A DNA stretch of 64,000 nt from Mytilus trossulus. Its lineage: Eukaryota. The position numbers and the translations under genes were made by a program. Positions 40,101 to 51,900 of this stretch are shown piece by piece. Where the stretch lies: positions 4,092,001 through 4,156,000 of the forward strand of contig NC_086374.1 in assembly GCF_036588685.1 (NCBI RefSeq), read 5' to 3'. A model generated the notes under the pieces. That model ran no database searches, was not told the DNA's origin, and saw nothing but the letters and a program-made list of their open reading frames with translations. The first letter of the stretch is position 1; the number at the start of each line of letters is the position of its first letter.

Positions 40101-41414
40101 CACAGACTTTAACAACTATAGATCACCATTTGGCCTTCAACAATAAGCAAAGCCCATACTACATAGTCAGCTATAAAAGGCCCCAATACTTACACATTTT
40201 TCTGAGATCCTCACATTTTCTTCCATCACTACGAATTCCATTTGAAGACACCTACAAAAAGATATGTTCAGGTACATAAGTAACAGAAATTTTATAGAGA
40301 ATGTCTCATTGAGCATCCATATTCTACAAAAATAATTGGGTTTTACATTTTTTCATATCTTATTCGACATGTGTTCAACATGGTCAAGAAAATTCTGTAT
40401 AGATGGCATAGGTGGACCAGAAGAAACTAAATGATGTCCTATACTATCATTGCTATGGGGATGAAGTCCCCAATTATGGTAGAAAAAATCAATAAAAAAC
40501 AAATTATCCCCATATTTGTCCGTTTGTTATGATGAACCTAACTAACAATTTGTGATAAGAATTCTGAGTTATACACTGTATATCCTAGATCGATTTATTA
40601 CAATTAGATGAAGCTCTGACATTCAATTGCCAATTGAATTGGTCTCTTTGGGGCCAAGCGTGACATGGACTTCACTGATTATCAGTAAGTGTTACTCCAT
40701 GGCCGAGTTCACTTGAAACACTACAATCGACTTCAGAGTTAATAAATTATCACGTGAACGCACTAGTGTTGATATTCGGAACAACTCTTAGTAACTCTAG
40801 GGTAAGGCCCTGACCAAGCATAAAAAATTAAACATTCTCATTGGTTTGCATCATTCAAGAGTTTCTCGAGTTTAACCCTGGCTTTGTGAGGGTTTGAACT
40901 AGGGTATGAGGGGTTAACTCGTGTAGTTCAAGTATAATCGTATTGTTGAAACCCGAGTAAGTAACTCGTGTAGTTCAAGTAGAATCGTATTGTTGAAACC
41001 CGAGTAAGTAAAGTTAATTTGAGAGTTTCAAGTGAACTCTGCCCATGTTACTCAGGAAATTCTAATAATTACAATGTTTCATGAAAACAGAAAACCAAGT
41101 CCTGCAGGACAAGCTTTATGACCACAGGCTCTTCTTTATATCCATGGGAAGACCCACGATCATCGCATATTTACGAGCACATGCACTAGTTTATATCCAT
41201 TCCCATGGGAAGACAAAAAATTATAAGAGCCTTTCAAAGACGTCATAATTATTTGGACTAATGGGAAGACCAACCATCAACTTCAACGAATAATTTGTAC
41301 CAGTGTTTAATTTGTTACATTTACCAACAAAGTTTTGGTACTATCGGTTGGGGTATATGCCAAAGGACTGAACGATTCCTCTGGACCTCCAATCCTTCGA
41401 GTATCTGTCGGCAT
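22170..41414 (-). CDS. EXOSC6: Exosome complex component MTR3 (RNase PH family), 9 exons, ~273 aa
   Basis: Exons 41414-41325 ([14 protein letters not shown]), 40251-40194, 39748-39670 ([13 protein letters not shown]), 38600-38426 ([15 protein letters not shown]), 36383-36323 ([13 protein letters not shown]), 25662-25577 ([20 protein letters not shown]), 24773-24714 (DPTVNEE), 24064-23954 (MPSLNQIS), 22271-22170; all GT-AG, phases consistent, 822 nt. Confidence 0.92.
22310..22540. mobile_element. Small TIR element (MITE) nested in another repeat
   Basis: 13-bp perfect TIR catacctgccaac / gttggcaggtatg. Confidence 0.7.
23698..23808 (+). repeat. Interspersed repeat (gagaaaggaaatggtgaatatgtcaaagcgacaaccacccgacc)
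   Basis: Near-identical copy at ~59015-59145; inverted relatives at ~9905-9990 and ~63690-63797. Confidence 0.8.
25770..25977. mobile_element. Tc1/mariner-type MITE
   Basis: TIR ctgtggattcatt / aatgaatccacag flanked by TA on both sides. Confidence 0.8.
26385..33662. repeat. 67-bp tandem satellite array (~108 copies) inside EXOSC6 intron 5
   Basis: Unit atgatagtaatagaaaggtatactagttaatataacctttggcatgactatgtcatagagccattgt, near-identical copies. Confidence 0.98.
36541..37826 (+). mobile_element. Helentron-associated non-autonomous element with an internal ~500-bp tandem duplication
   Basis: Subterminal gctcacc/ggtgagc inverted motif, (gacgacg)n microsatellite, 3' hairpin tggccc-ttc-gggcca; ~36775-37277 repeated from ~37278; a fragment recurs at ~54495-54807. 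Confidence 0.75.
38207..38425 (-). repeat. Two extra tandem copies of the EXOSC6 exon 4 3' end plus splice donor
   Basis: gtctgtctg|gtaat recurs with donors at 38425, 38328 and 38215. Confidence 0.9.
40701..41043. mobile_element. MITE (PIF/Harbinger-like)
   Basis: TIR ggccgagttcacttgaaac / gtttcaagtgaactctgcc with 3-bp cat flanks; inverted sister copy at 44665-45175. Confidence 0.75.
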
Positions 41415-41655
41415 TTTCCTTTTGTATATCGTAATGTTCAAAAGCTCATGAGCGACGAATGGGGGCTGACATATTGAAAATTTGTAAATGTTTAACCAGT
41501 TCCGGTAGTGGTTCCGGATAATCGATTCTTATCTGTATACATTCTGCCAATGTAGGCACACCTCCAATGGAGTTGAATAAAATTGTGTCCTCCACCACGC
41601 AATTTAATAAGTTAAGATGTGTTCAATATTGAAAACAACACGTTATTAATTTCTT

Positions 41656-41697
41656 GCGTCCGAAGCGCTTTTCTGGATTTACCTTCATCAGGAACGC
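41656..41697 (-). ncRNA. Type I hammerhead ribozyme, family 2 (weak stem II)
   Basis: gcgttc-CTGATGA-aggtaaatcca-GAAA-agcgcTTC-ggacgc; stem I pairs, stem III palindrome AAGCGCTT. Confidence 0.7.
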
Positions 41698-41956
41698 TCA
41701 AAGCCAAACATTTGAAATCCGAAGATGGGTAAATTTTTAATTAATTAAAAATACTTAATTCCATCTCGGATGCTTTCGACATTACTCGTTACCTTTCGAC
41801 ATTACTCGTTACCTGTTTGTACAAAAATTTATCGTTCGTAATTTATACGCGTTTTTGATTGGTTAACAGAAATACCTGTTCACTTCAGGTAAATTTTCAT
41901 AAATATTTCCTAGTCATTTCGAAAAGTTTACTGGTCAGTTCAACACGTTAAATTTA

Positions 41957-42207
41957 TGTTATTCTTATTTTCAGAAAAGACTACGGGACATTTTAGAAAA
42001 GTGTGGTTTAAATTCTTCCAAATTTTCCTCTCATTCTTTTCGGAGAGGAGGGGCTACATGGGCTTTTCACAGTCACTGAAAGTTCCTTCCGAGTTGATAC
42101 AATTTCACGGGGATTGGCGTAGTGACGCATATAAAGTTTATTTAGAATTTGATTTACATGACAAATTGTCTATTTCACGAGCTATGGCTGATGAGATTCT
42201 GAATTAA
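41957..42207 (+). pseudogene. Tyrosine recombinase C-terminal remnant (frameshifted)
   Basis: YSYFQKRLRDILEKCGLNSSKFSSHSFRRGGATWAF, frameshift, then LKVPSELIQFHGDWRSDAYKVY (HxxR and catalytic Tyr region). Confidence 0.85.
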
Positions 42208-42209
42208 TA

Positions 42210-42776
42210 TTGTTTGTTTTTCTTATCTTATTTTATTTTTTTGTAGACATTGTGTCAAAAAATAAGGTTTTGTTGCTGTCAGATTCTACTTGTAAATATG
42301 TAAATAACATTAACTGGCTGGAATGCAATGCTATATCTGGTGCTAATATATACACTCTTCATCAATTTGTAAAAGACAACAAATCACTTTTAAGAAAATA
42401 CACACATTTGTTATTGCATGTAGGCACAAATGATGTTGGGAATGGTTTATCCAGTAAATTGATTATTCAATATTATAATAATTTAATTGATTTTATTTGC
42501 AATGTTTTTCCTTCTTTAAAGATAATAGTTTCAGCAATTTTGCCAAGACCTATAGATTTTGATGACACAAAACAAACTGTAATAGAATGTAATAAAGCTT
42601 TGGCTAAGCTTACTTTAAAGAGAAATATTTTATTTGTCAAAACTTATAAGCAATTTGTTCAGCAACCAGGATCTATTTATAAAAGTAAATGTTTTTGTAA
42701 AGATACATTACACTTAAGTTATTTTGGTGTTTCAGTTTTAAGAAACTTTTTTATAGGTGTAGTTAATCATTTGTAA
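42210..42776 (+). CDS. SGNH/GDSL hydrolase ORF of the Ngaro element
   Basis: Blocks LLSDS, SGA, HVGTND and DTLH are all present; TTG start, with a possible splice acceptor at ~42246. Confidence 0.8.
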   Translation: MFVFLILFYFFVDIVSKNKVLLLSDSTCKYVNNINWLECNAISGANIYTLHQFVKDNKSLLRKYTHLLLHVGTNDVGNGLSSKLIIQYYNNLIDFICNVFPSLKIIVSAILPRPIDFDDTKQTVIECNKALAKLTLKRNILFVKTYKQFVQQPGSIYKSKCFCKDTLHLSYFGVSVLRNFFIGVVNHL

Positions 42777-44664
42777 TTATACAATGTTGTATTTAAATGT
42801 ATTTTTTTTTCAAGATACTTTGTGGTTTTTAATTTTATTTTTCAGAAGATGATGGTCAAGAAAGCTGGGCTACACCATTACTTCTACATCTGGTTTACCT
42901 GTGAACCTATATTAGTTTGCAGGATTCCAGAAGTACCTGTTGTTGTATGTATTATCAGGTATGTTTATATTATAATCTAATTTTTTCTTTAATACTGTAC
43001 ACTTTATAGTGGCCGTTGGTTTGGTGCATTTATATATTTTGGAAATTAATATTTATCAAGAATATGGACTTTAAATGAGAAATTTATTTATGACATATGT
43101 ATGATTGTAAATTGTTATTTATGCCAAAATATGATTATCATTACTTATGTGTTGAGTTTTTGTTTTATTACATAGAAATGGGAGAGGAGGGAATTGGTAA
43201 ATTTTTAATTAATTAAAAATACTTAATTCCATCTCGGATGCTTTCGACATTACTCGTTACCTTTCGACATTACTCGTTACCTGTTTGTACAAAAAATTAT
43301 CGTTCGTAATTTATACGCATTTGATTGGTTAACAGAAATACCTGTTCACTTCAGGTAAATTTTCATAAATATTTCCTAGTCATTTCGAAAAGTTTACTGG
43401 TCAGTTCAACACGTTAAATTTACCCACCCTCCCGCCCATTTTATTTTTGTATTATTTGATATTTTTGTACATGTGTTATACCTTATTAAATAGAAGAAGT
43501 TAGTCTTTTTCAGATAATGCAGATTGATGAATTTGATGTCTGTTTGGGAAGTGACTGGTGCATTTATATATTTTGGAAATTAATATTTATCACGAATATG
43601 GACTTTAAATGAGAAATTTATTTATGACATATGTATGATTGTAAATTGTTATTTATGCCAAAATATGATTATCATTACTTATGTGTTAAGTTTTTGTTTT
43701 ATTACATAGAAATGGGAGAGGAGGGAATTTATAAGTACCGAAACCGTTGAAGAGCTGTATGTCAAAAAATACCTAAAATAAATAGCCAAATTCATCTAAA
43801 GCCAACTTTGCCTGAGGGAGTTGAAACCATAGTTTCTTAATAATTTTTAATTTCATAAACGGACAATTTTAGTAAAGTTTACACAATAATATATAATCAA
43901 TAAAAATTACCTTTTCTGTTCTGCCAGTTATTTTGTCTTTGACCCTCTTTGCAGACTAGGACTTATCACTGTCATGATAAATCATGTAAACTAGGAGTTG
44001 CCAACTTGGTAAACACATTCAAGCACAATCCAATCATACTCTTGGTTCTTTTAAACCAGAGTCTAAATATTTTATTCAAAGAAAGGTGTAAGACAGTGAG
44101 ATTCTTTATTCAAGGAGCTTCACATTATTTTATATGTTCTTTATTAAGCACTGTTGATCATTTTTGACTTAACATGCTTAAGTCAGATATTTTTCATGAT
44201 TATCAAAACTGCCGTAAAGCTACTGAATTCAGTCAGTCATAGGATGCCTCAATCTTGCAGATTATTTAATCATATTATCAGAAAGCGAAAATGGTCTGCA
44301 AAATAGCTTGAATAATCTCTCTGAATATTGTGATAAATGGCAATTAACAGAAGTAATTAATACAAACAAATATAAAACTATGATATTACAAAATAACCCA
44401 ATTAATATAAATAAACCCTTTGTGAAGTTTAAAAGAAAATACCTTAAAAATGTCTATCATGGCTATACATAACTTGGATGTTTTATAACATCTAATGGAA
44501 GTCTAACTAGTTGTAGTTCAGATCTTGCAAAAAGCCAACACATGTTTTATTTGCTATAAATTCTTACCTGAAACATATTATACTCACCAGGCTTTGGACC
44601 ACTTCCCGTGGGAGTTTCTTGCAACCTTTTGAAAAAGATCAGACATCAGCAGAAGGTCACCAAG

Positions 44665-45175
44665 GACGAGTTCACTTGAAACTCTCGAGTTAACTTTACT
44701 AACTCGGGTTTCAACAAAACGATTTTACTTGAACTGTCACGGAATAGAAGTTCCTTCATAATATAAGTTCCAAAGGGAAAAACTATACTGGAATATTATT
44801 TCCTCAGGAATAAATGTTACAGTAGATGTTCCTAACGGAATAAATAGTATAGAATATTTGTTCCATCAGGTACAGGTATTATGACATTGTTTATAATAAA
44901 GTTTCCACTGGAACTTCTGTTAGGTGGAACAAATATACGTTGACAGAACCACTCCAGTTAACCCCTCGTACCATGGTTCCAACCCTCACCGAGCCAGGAT
45001 TAACCTCGAGAAACTCTTGAATTAGGCCAAACCAATGAGAATATTTTATTTGCTATGCTTGGGCAGGGCCTTTCCCTATACTTACTTAGAGTTGTTCCGA
45101 ATATCAACTCTTGTGCGTTCACGTGAAAATCTATTAACTCTGAAGTCGATTGTAGAGTTTCAAGTGAACTCGGCC
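44665..45175. mobile_element. Second MITE copy (inverted) carrying a nested 211-bp TGTCA...TGACA element at 44735-44945
   Basis: Same TIR as the 40701 copy, flanks caa/taa; nested insert flanked by a 4-bp GAAC duplication. Confidence 0.75.
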
Positions 45176-48100
45176 TAATAGGTCTTCAATGCAGCTGGAA
45201 ACTCCCGCACACGAAGGCGTCCTTCAGCTGGCCCATAAACAAATATATATATATACTAGTTCAGTAATAATGGACATCATACTTAAATCCGAATGATACA
45301 CAGGAAACTAAAATTAATAATCCTACAAGACTAACAAAGGACAGGGGCTCCTGACTTGGGACAGGTGCATAAATGCGGCGGGGTTAAACATGTTTTTAGA
45401 TATCTCAACCCTCCCCCTATACTTCTAGCCAATGAAGAAAAGTAAAGGGTTACACATAACAATACACACAGTAAAATTCAGTTCAAGATAAATCCGAGAC
45501 CGATGTCAGAAGAGGTAACAAAAGAAAATAAACCAAATGACAATAATACACAAAAAACAACAGACTACTAACAGTTACTGACATGCTAGCTCCAGACCTC
45601 AATTAAACTAATTGAAATATAATGTCTTCATCATATGAATATCAGGCAGAATCCCTCCCATAAGGGGTTTAGTATTGTACCATCATAAAATATATGAGAA
45701 GAACATAACCCGTGTGGTTTGTTTATATGCCTTATTCCATAATTATCTGCTGCTTTATTTTTGTTGAAACCTGCAATACCCATTTCTACTTCCCCACCGG
45801 TCACTTGTTTATGAGTATATCTATTTTGACATTTACCAGAGATAACTTCTTTCTCTTCGTGTTCCAAATATTTTATAAAGTTATTTTTTCAAAATGTATA
45901 TGCCAGCCGTTCATAACTTTGGTTGTCACTGTAATATACTTGATTGTCGACATTGAGTCATTTAAAAGTTTGGATATTTTTCTCTTTGATTTCTGATCAT
46001 TCTAACACAGTTTTGGTATCTGCAATTTTGTAATTTTGGTTCAATTAGTTTTTGCTTTTATTTATTCTTCTGATGGCTATTTATAAACGACACTGTTTCC
46101 TCAATTCATATGTTGTATGTTTCTTTAGTTTCAGGTAAATGTGATCTGGATCATTAAAAGAGGGACGAAAGATACCAGAAAGGAAAGTCAAATGCCTAAA
46201 TCGAAAATAAACTGACACGCCATGGCTAAAAATGAAAAGACTGACAGACAAACAACAGTACACATGACACAACATAGAAAACTAAAGAATAAGCAACACG
46301 AACCCCACCAAAAACTAGGGATGATTTCAGGTGCTCCGGAAGGGTAAGCAGATTCTGCTCCACACCGTTATTTTTCCAGTTATAAAATGCGTTTTTCTTG
46401 TAAATATTAGCTCTACATATCTTGTAATTTTGGCTTTCTTCTTCCTTTTTAGATTTAGGATCAATATCTTAAATTAAGATGTTATTTTATATAATTATAC
46501 CCTCTCCATTTCTTCACGATTTTGTACATTAAATTTGTCAAGTTAATTCTGTCTTGCTTATTTTTCCGTTTAAATTTTGTTCCATTTTCTGCTTTATTAC
46601 AAGTTTTATCTGATGTTTGAGAGTTTTCTACAACTTTGAGTTTTTATCTGATGATGTAAAACAGAAAATCTCAGTTGATAGTGATCCGGGACATAGGCGG
46701 TTACATTAAGTTTCTGTATATCTATAATTTAGTTTCTGTATATCTATATTGATCTCAGAATATTTGTTTTGATAGATACTAGTAATAGTGTCAATGGCAG
46801 TGATATCTTTTTCATTCGAATGTATGTTTCTTTAGAGCATAACTCATAGTCTTGCATACAGTCAGGGATTAAAAAAAAATATGAGAGGAAGCCTCATTAA
46901 TTATGTCTTCATAAAAATTTTCTTCTGCAGACTACATGTATCTTATGACTATTGGAATAGGAACATATATTCTCATTTAATTGGTCTATGTGCATTGTAG
47001 TTACTCATTTTTGCTATTGGTGGGTCTCCAATCTTAATGAACTAGAACTGACAAGAGTTGTCAGTTTTCCTATCGAAGGTCGGTGTTTTCACCAAACAAT
47101 CCGACTTCTTTCACCGATAAAAACTGGCCGACACGAACTAGCCTAAATGAGGTGCTTAAAAGTGGCGTTAAAATACAAAAAATCAAATCTATTTGTGGGT
47201 CTATCGAAAGAAACAAAAATGATGTCCGGAACTTCTTCTAATTCGATGATTAAATTCTACTAGAACCGGCTTTTATAGGTGAAATTTAGGGGTCTAGTTC
47301 CTTTCTCCACAATATTGCACGCCACCATACCCTTTCGGCGTTTGTAATGAAGGCAGTGAGTCATCAGAGTCGACCGACTTTCCTAGTCTCATTTTTTTCA
47401 AGCGAATTTCATTCAACATGTTAGGCTGACAATCAGACAACCAAGGTTCTTTATAAATAAATATATACACCGTCCTTTATTTCTCGGAAGAATAGATCAC
47501 AAGTTTTTTGCAGTTAAAACTATAAATTGTCTTTTTTTTTTCTCCGCACACTCATTAAAATCTAAAATATATTTTGAGCATATCTTGGATGATCTGTATT
47601 TCTTGACTGACAATAGTATGTTTCAAAATATTGTTTTGTGTTATTTTGTACATATATGTGCTTCTGAACATTTTCATTGTTTGTCCAAGTTGGGATAACC
47701 GAATTAGATTATCCTTGCATATGTTATGAGTGTCTAGTTCTGTATGATATAAATTGACAAGATAATTCTCTTTGATCATGGTTTTGATATATTTTGGAGT
47801 TGTATCTTGAGTACTATTAGCCTGCCATTGATATAAATTTCCTTCATTTCTACAGTGTCTGATACTGTTTCATGTGTTTGTTGCAGAGTGTTGTAGTCCA
47901 AATCTCTTTTGCATGAATAGCGTTTTTTTTTGTTTCAGCATCTAAGAAATTGTTACGAAATGACATGTTACATATCAGGCATCTGTTCTCAACTCTTTGT
48001 TATACATTAATGCAGGCATTACACCGAATTTCTTTTTGTAAAATCATGTCAGTTATTGACAAGTCTTGATTATTATCACTTAAAGTATTTCCCCTCTTGT

Positions 48101-48969
48101 TCGAGTTAATGCTGCTGTTCTTACTCATTGTCTGTTTTTTTGTAAACCTTATAATTACTATTTCCATTATTTTTGCATTTCTTATCCGTTGCTTGAGTTT
48201 TAATCCGAATAAAAATCAGTTTTACGAAATAATATGGAATCTACACACGCCTAAACACATGTCTTATATATGTACATCTAAAGATTCGTATGTGTACTCC
48301 TATTGCTACGGAAATAATGTTCAGTTTGGATGAGTTTTTACGAAAACATATTCGAAAAAAAAGCATCAATGTGTATATTACCTTTATGTTAGGATGCAAC
48401 TTTTAATACGAAAAATCAAATGAAGTGTGTATTTGTTGTTTCTTCTTCACTTGACTCTTAAATTGTCTCCGTTAACAGTCTGTTTGTTGTAATACCCTTT
48501 TTATGTATTTACCGACAATAAATTCAAATGATTTGCATTTTCATACCCGGGAATTAGTTTTAAATTGATTAACAAGTGAGAGGTTTATCTAGCTTCAAAA
48601 TCAGGTTTAATCCCCTATTTTCTACATTACCTGTACCAATTTAGGAATATGTCAGTTGTTCTCCATTCGTATGATGGGTTTGAGCTTTAATTTACATTTG
48701 GTAGTTTGATTAAGGACTTTCTGGTTCAAATTTTCCTCGAACTTCGGTATTTATGTTATTTTACTTTTTGTCAGTTTGTTTCTAATTTATCACCGTCAGG
48801 TAAAAAATCAGTGAAATCGCAATATTTTTCCGTATAGAAAGAGCTTTGTAAGCTCTAGTATCTTAAGCAAATTTTACTGATCATGATTTGATATCAGCCA
48901 AAGATCTGAAAGAAAATAAGCCACTTACAAAATAAAAAGAACTATCATAAATATCTGTATCCCTCGATT

Positions 48970-51900
48970 TTATTTACAATTTCGAAGAACTACTCTCCCA
49001 TTAGAAGGCTGCTTAGGTCTACAGTTTCCTGCTTTAGATATTTGTTCGTGATTATATATTGTTTCCATCTCTCGCAACGTCTTTAGCTTGAAATAAAAGA
49101 TGGAGTGAACAATTAGTTTATTAGACTTTAGATTTTATAACAGACTCAATAGCAAAAGTAGCAAAATAGTAAATGTGTAAATGTAAATTGATGAGTCTTT
49201 TGCAGACGAAACGCGCGTCTGGCGTATATACAAAATTTAGTCCTGGTATCTATGATGAGTTTATTTACAACCACTGGGTCGATGCCACTGCTGGTGGAGA
49301 TTTATTTCCATCAGTTTATCACCATTCCAGTAGTCAGCACTTTTGTGCTGACATGAATTATCATTGTTATGGTTATATTTATAAATTAACTGTTTACAAA
49401 ATTTAGAATTTTTGAAATACTAAGGCTTTTCTACCTCAGGCATAGATTACCTAAGCTGTATATTGTAAATTTTTTAGGAAGTTTGGTTCTCAATTTATTT
49501 GGCCTTTTAAACTTTTTTGGATTCGAGCGTCACTGATGAGTCTTTTGTAGACGAAACGCACGTCTGGCGTATATACAAAATTTACTCCTGGTATCTATGA
49601 TGAGTTTATATACAACGAGTTGTATATGAACGTATAGTTCGTCTATTTAATGCTGGTGGACGTTTCGTCACCGAGGGTATCACCAGCCCAGTAGTCAGCA
49701 CTTCGGTGTTGACATGAATATCAATTATATGGTCATTTTTATAAATTTTCTGTTTACAAAACTTTTTTCGAAAAACTAAGGATTTTTTTAATCCCAGGAG
49801 TAGATTACCATAGCCGTATTTGACACAACTTTTTGGAATTTTGGATCCTCAATGCTCTTCAACTTTGTATTTATTTGGCTTTTTAAATATTTCGATCTGA
49901 GCGTCACTGATGAGTCTTATGTAGACGAAACGCGCGTCTGGCGTATAAAATTATAATCCTGGTACTTTTGATAACTATTTACACCACTGGGTCGATTCCA
50001 CTGCTGGTGGATGTTTCGTCCCCGAGGGTATCACCAACCCAGTAGTCAGCACTTCGGTGTTGACATGAATATCAGTTATATGGTCATTTTTATAAATTTT
50101 CTGTTTACAAAACTTTGAATTTTTCGAAAAACTAAGGATTTTCTTATCCCAGGAGTAGATTACCTTAGTCGTATTTGGCACAACTTTTTGGAATTTTGGA
50201 TCCTCAATGCTCTTCAACTTTGTATTTATTTGGCTTTTTAAATATTTCGATCTGAGCGTCATTGATGAGTCTTATGTAGACGAAACGCGCGTCTGGCGTA
50301 TAAAATTATAATCCTGGTACTTTTGATAACAATTAGACACTGACAAATGCAGTCTATATGATATAATAGTTTAGTATTATAATTAGTAAGCCAGACGCGT
50401 GTTTAGTCTACATAAGACTCATCAGTGACGCTCAAATCGAAATATTTATAAAGCCAAACAAGTACAAAGTTGAAGAGCATTGAGGATTCAAAATTACAAA
50501 AAGTTGTGCCAAATACGGCTAAGGTAATCTAGGCCTGGACTAAGAAATCCTTAATTTTTCGAAAAATTCAAAGTTTTGTAAGCAGGAAATTTATAAAAAT
50601 GACCAGATGATTGATATTCATGTCAACACCGAAATGTTGACAACTTGGTTGGTGATACCCTCGGGGACTTAAAAATAACTAGATTTCAATAGTTGGCTGG
50701 GTAGTTAAATATGGTTATCCCGTCCTGCAGCCCATTTAGTTGTGCAGAATGTATAAAAACGTAGCCACGTCCAGTCAAAATGAGGACTTAAAATCGGATC
50801 CTTCGCGTAGGTTGAGGTCCATGCTTTCTGCCGTATCTCAAATCAATTTGCAAGAAATCTTCGAGCGCTCTGTTGGAATTTCTATTCTATTGGACATGCC
50901 CTTTTTTTGAATCGGGAGTCCAAAACTCCGATCTTTATTTCCAAAACCTTCCTTGTATAATCTTACGTATCTATATATATTGTTAATTGTGCCTTGTCCT
51001 GAAAATGTCTAATATATTTTCCGATGGACTTAAAGGAAGCATCAATCACATCGATCAATCAATCCAAATGATTATATTAATCATTTCTTTGATTAGAAAA
51101 TGAGTAATATGTTGCAATTAATGACTTGCTCAGAGGTTCAATACTATAAAATGCCAAAGTATCGTAAACAGAAAGTGACTAAATTACTAGAAGTTTAAAA
51201 ATCGATTACAAGAACAACATTTTTTCAATGCTCCAGATGAATATAAAAAAAAGATCTCAATATTTGGTAATATGTAACGGACATTCAGCTATATAATTTA
51301 AATTTGAAGGATCGTCAAATTGAAGGAGGTGGAACATGCAAAACTATTGACGCTTTGAAAATTGTAAATTTCCTTTAAATACATTCAAGCATTACTGATA
51401 CTTGTAAAAGAAAAGAAAGTGACTGACTTGCAGATTTGAAAATCGCTTTCATAGAACAATTCAACATTGTACAGTATTAAACCAAATATTTCCTTAATAC
51501 ATAATCTGAGTAATATGTGTCATCCAATGGTCGTTACAGATATCAAATCATACCCTTCCTTGATACTGAAGCGATGATAAAGCAACGAAATTTATGAACA
51601 AAGTTTTTACGACTCTACGGAATGACTGACGGACGAAAAGAATAGTCCGTTAAGGTACCTGTAGTATACCATCCACTCATGTCATTGATAGTTTTACATC
51701 GATTCTGGGAGGAAAACTTTATGCCAAAATAGACCACTTTCGAGTTCATCCGTCACCGGAAAAAACTCGTCAATTATGCACGCCTTCATGATGTCATTTA
51801 CCAGATAGAGGGGTCGCCTGTATCCCTGTACTATTTACGTTCATCAAGCGTCTTAGTGATCGGCATTGTGCAGGATAAACTAGAAATAATGGTTGCTCTG

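Larger units (their letters stand above)
41728..43729 (+). mobile_element. Internally deleted Ngaro-type tyrosine-recombinase retrotransposon with split direct repeats
   Basis: A1 41728-41956, B1 43022-43195, A2 43196-43422, B2 43556-43729; YR C-terminus and SGNH ORF inside; no target-site duplication. Confidence 0.88.

Noticed and set aside
43911-44650. Extra upstream EXOSC6 exons suggested by donor-like sites at ~43910 and ~44587
   Set aside because: Exon 41414-41325 already supplies the conserved [12 protein letters not shown] start; acceptors are weak and there is no homology
49173-50262. Short ORFs over the retrozyme repeats (also 54591-54881 and 56701-56910)
   Set aside because: Not conserved between copies; conservation is at the RNA-structure level
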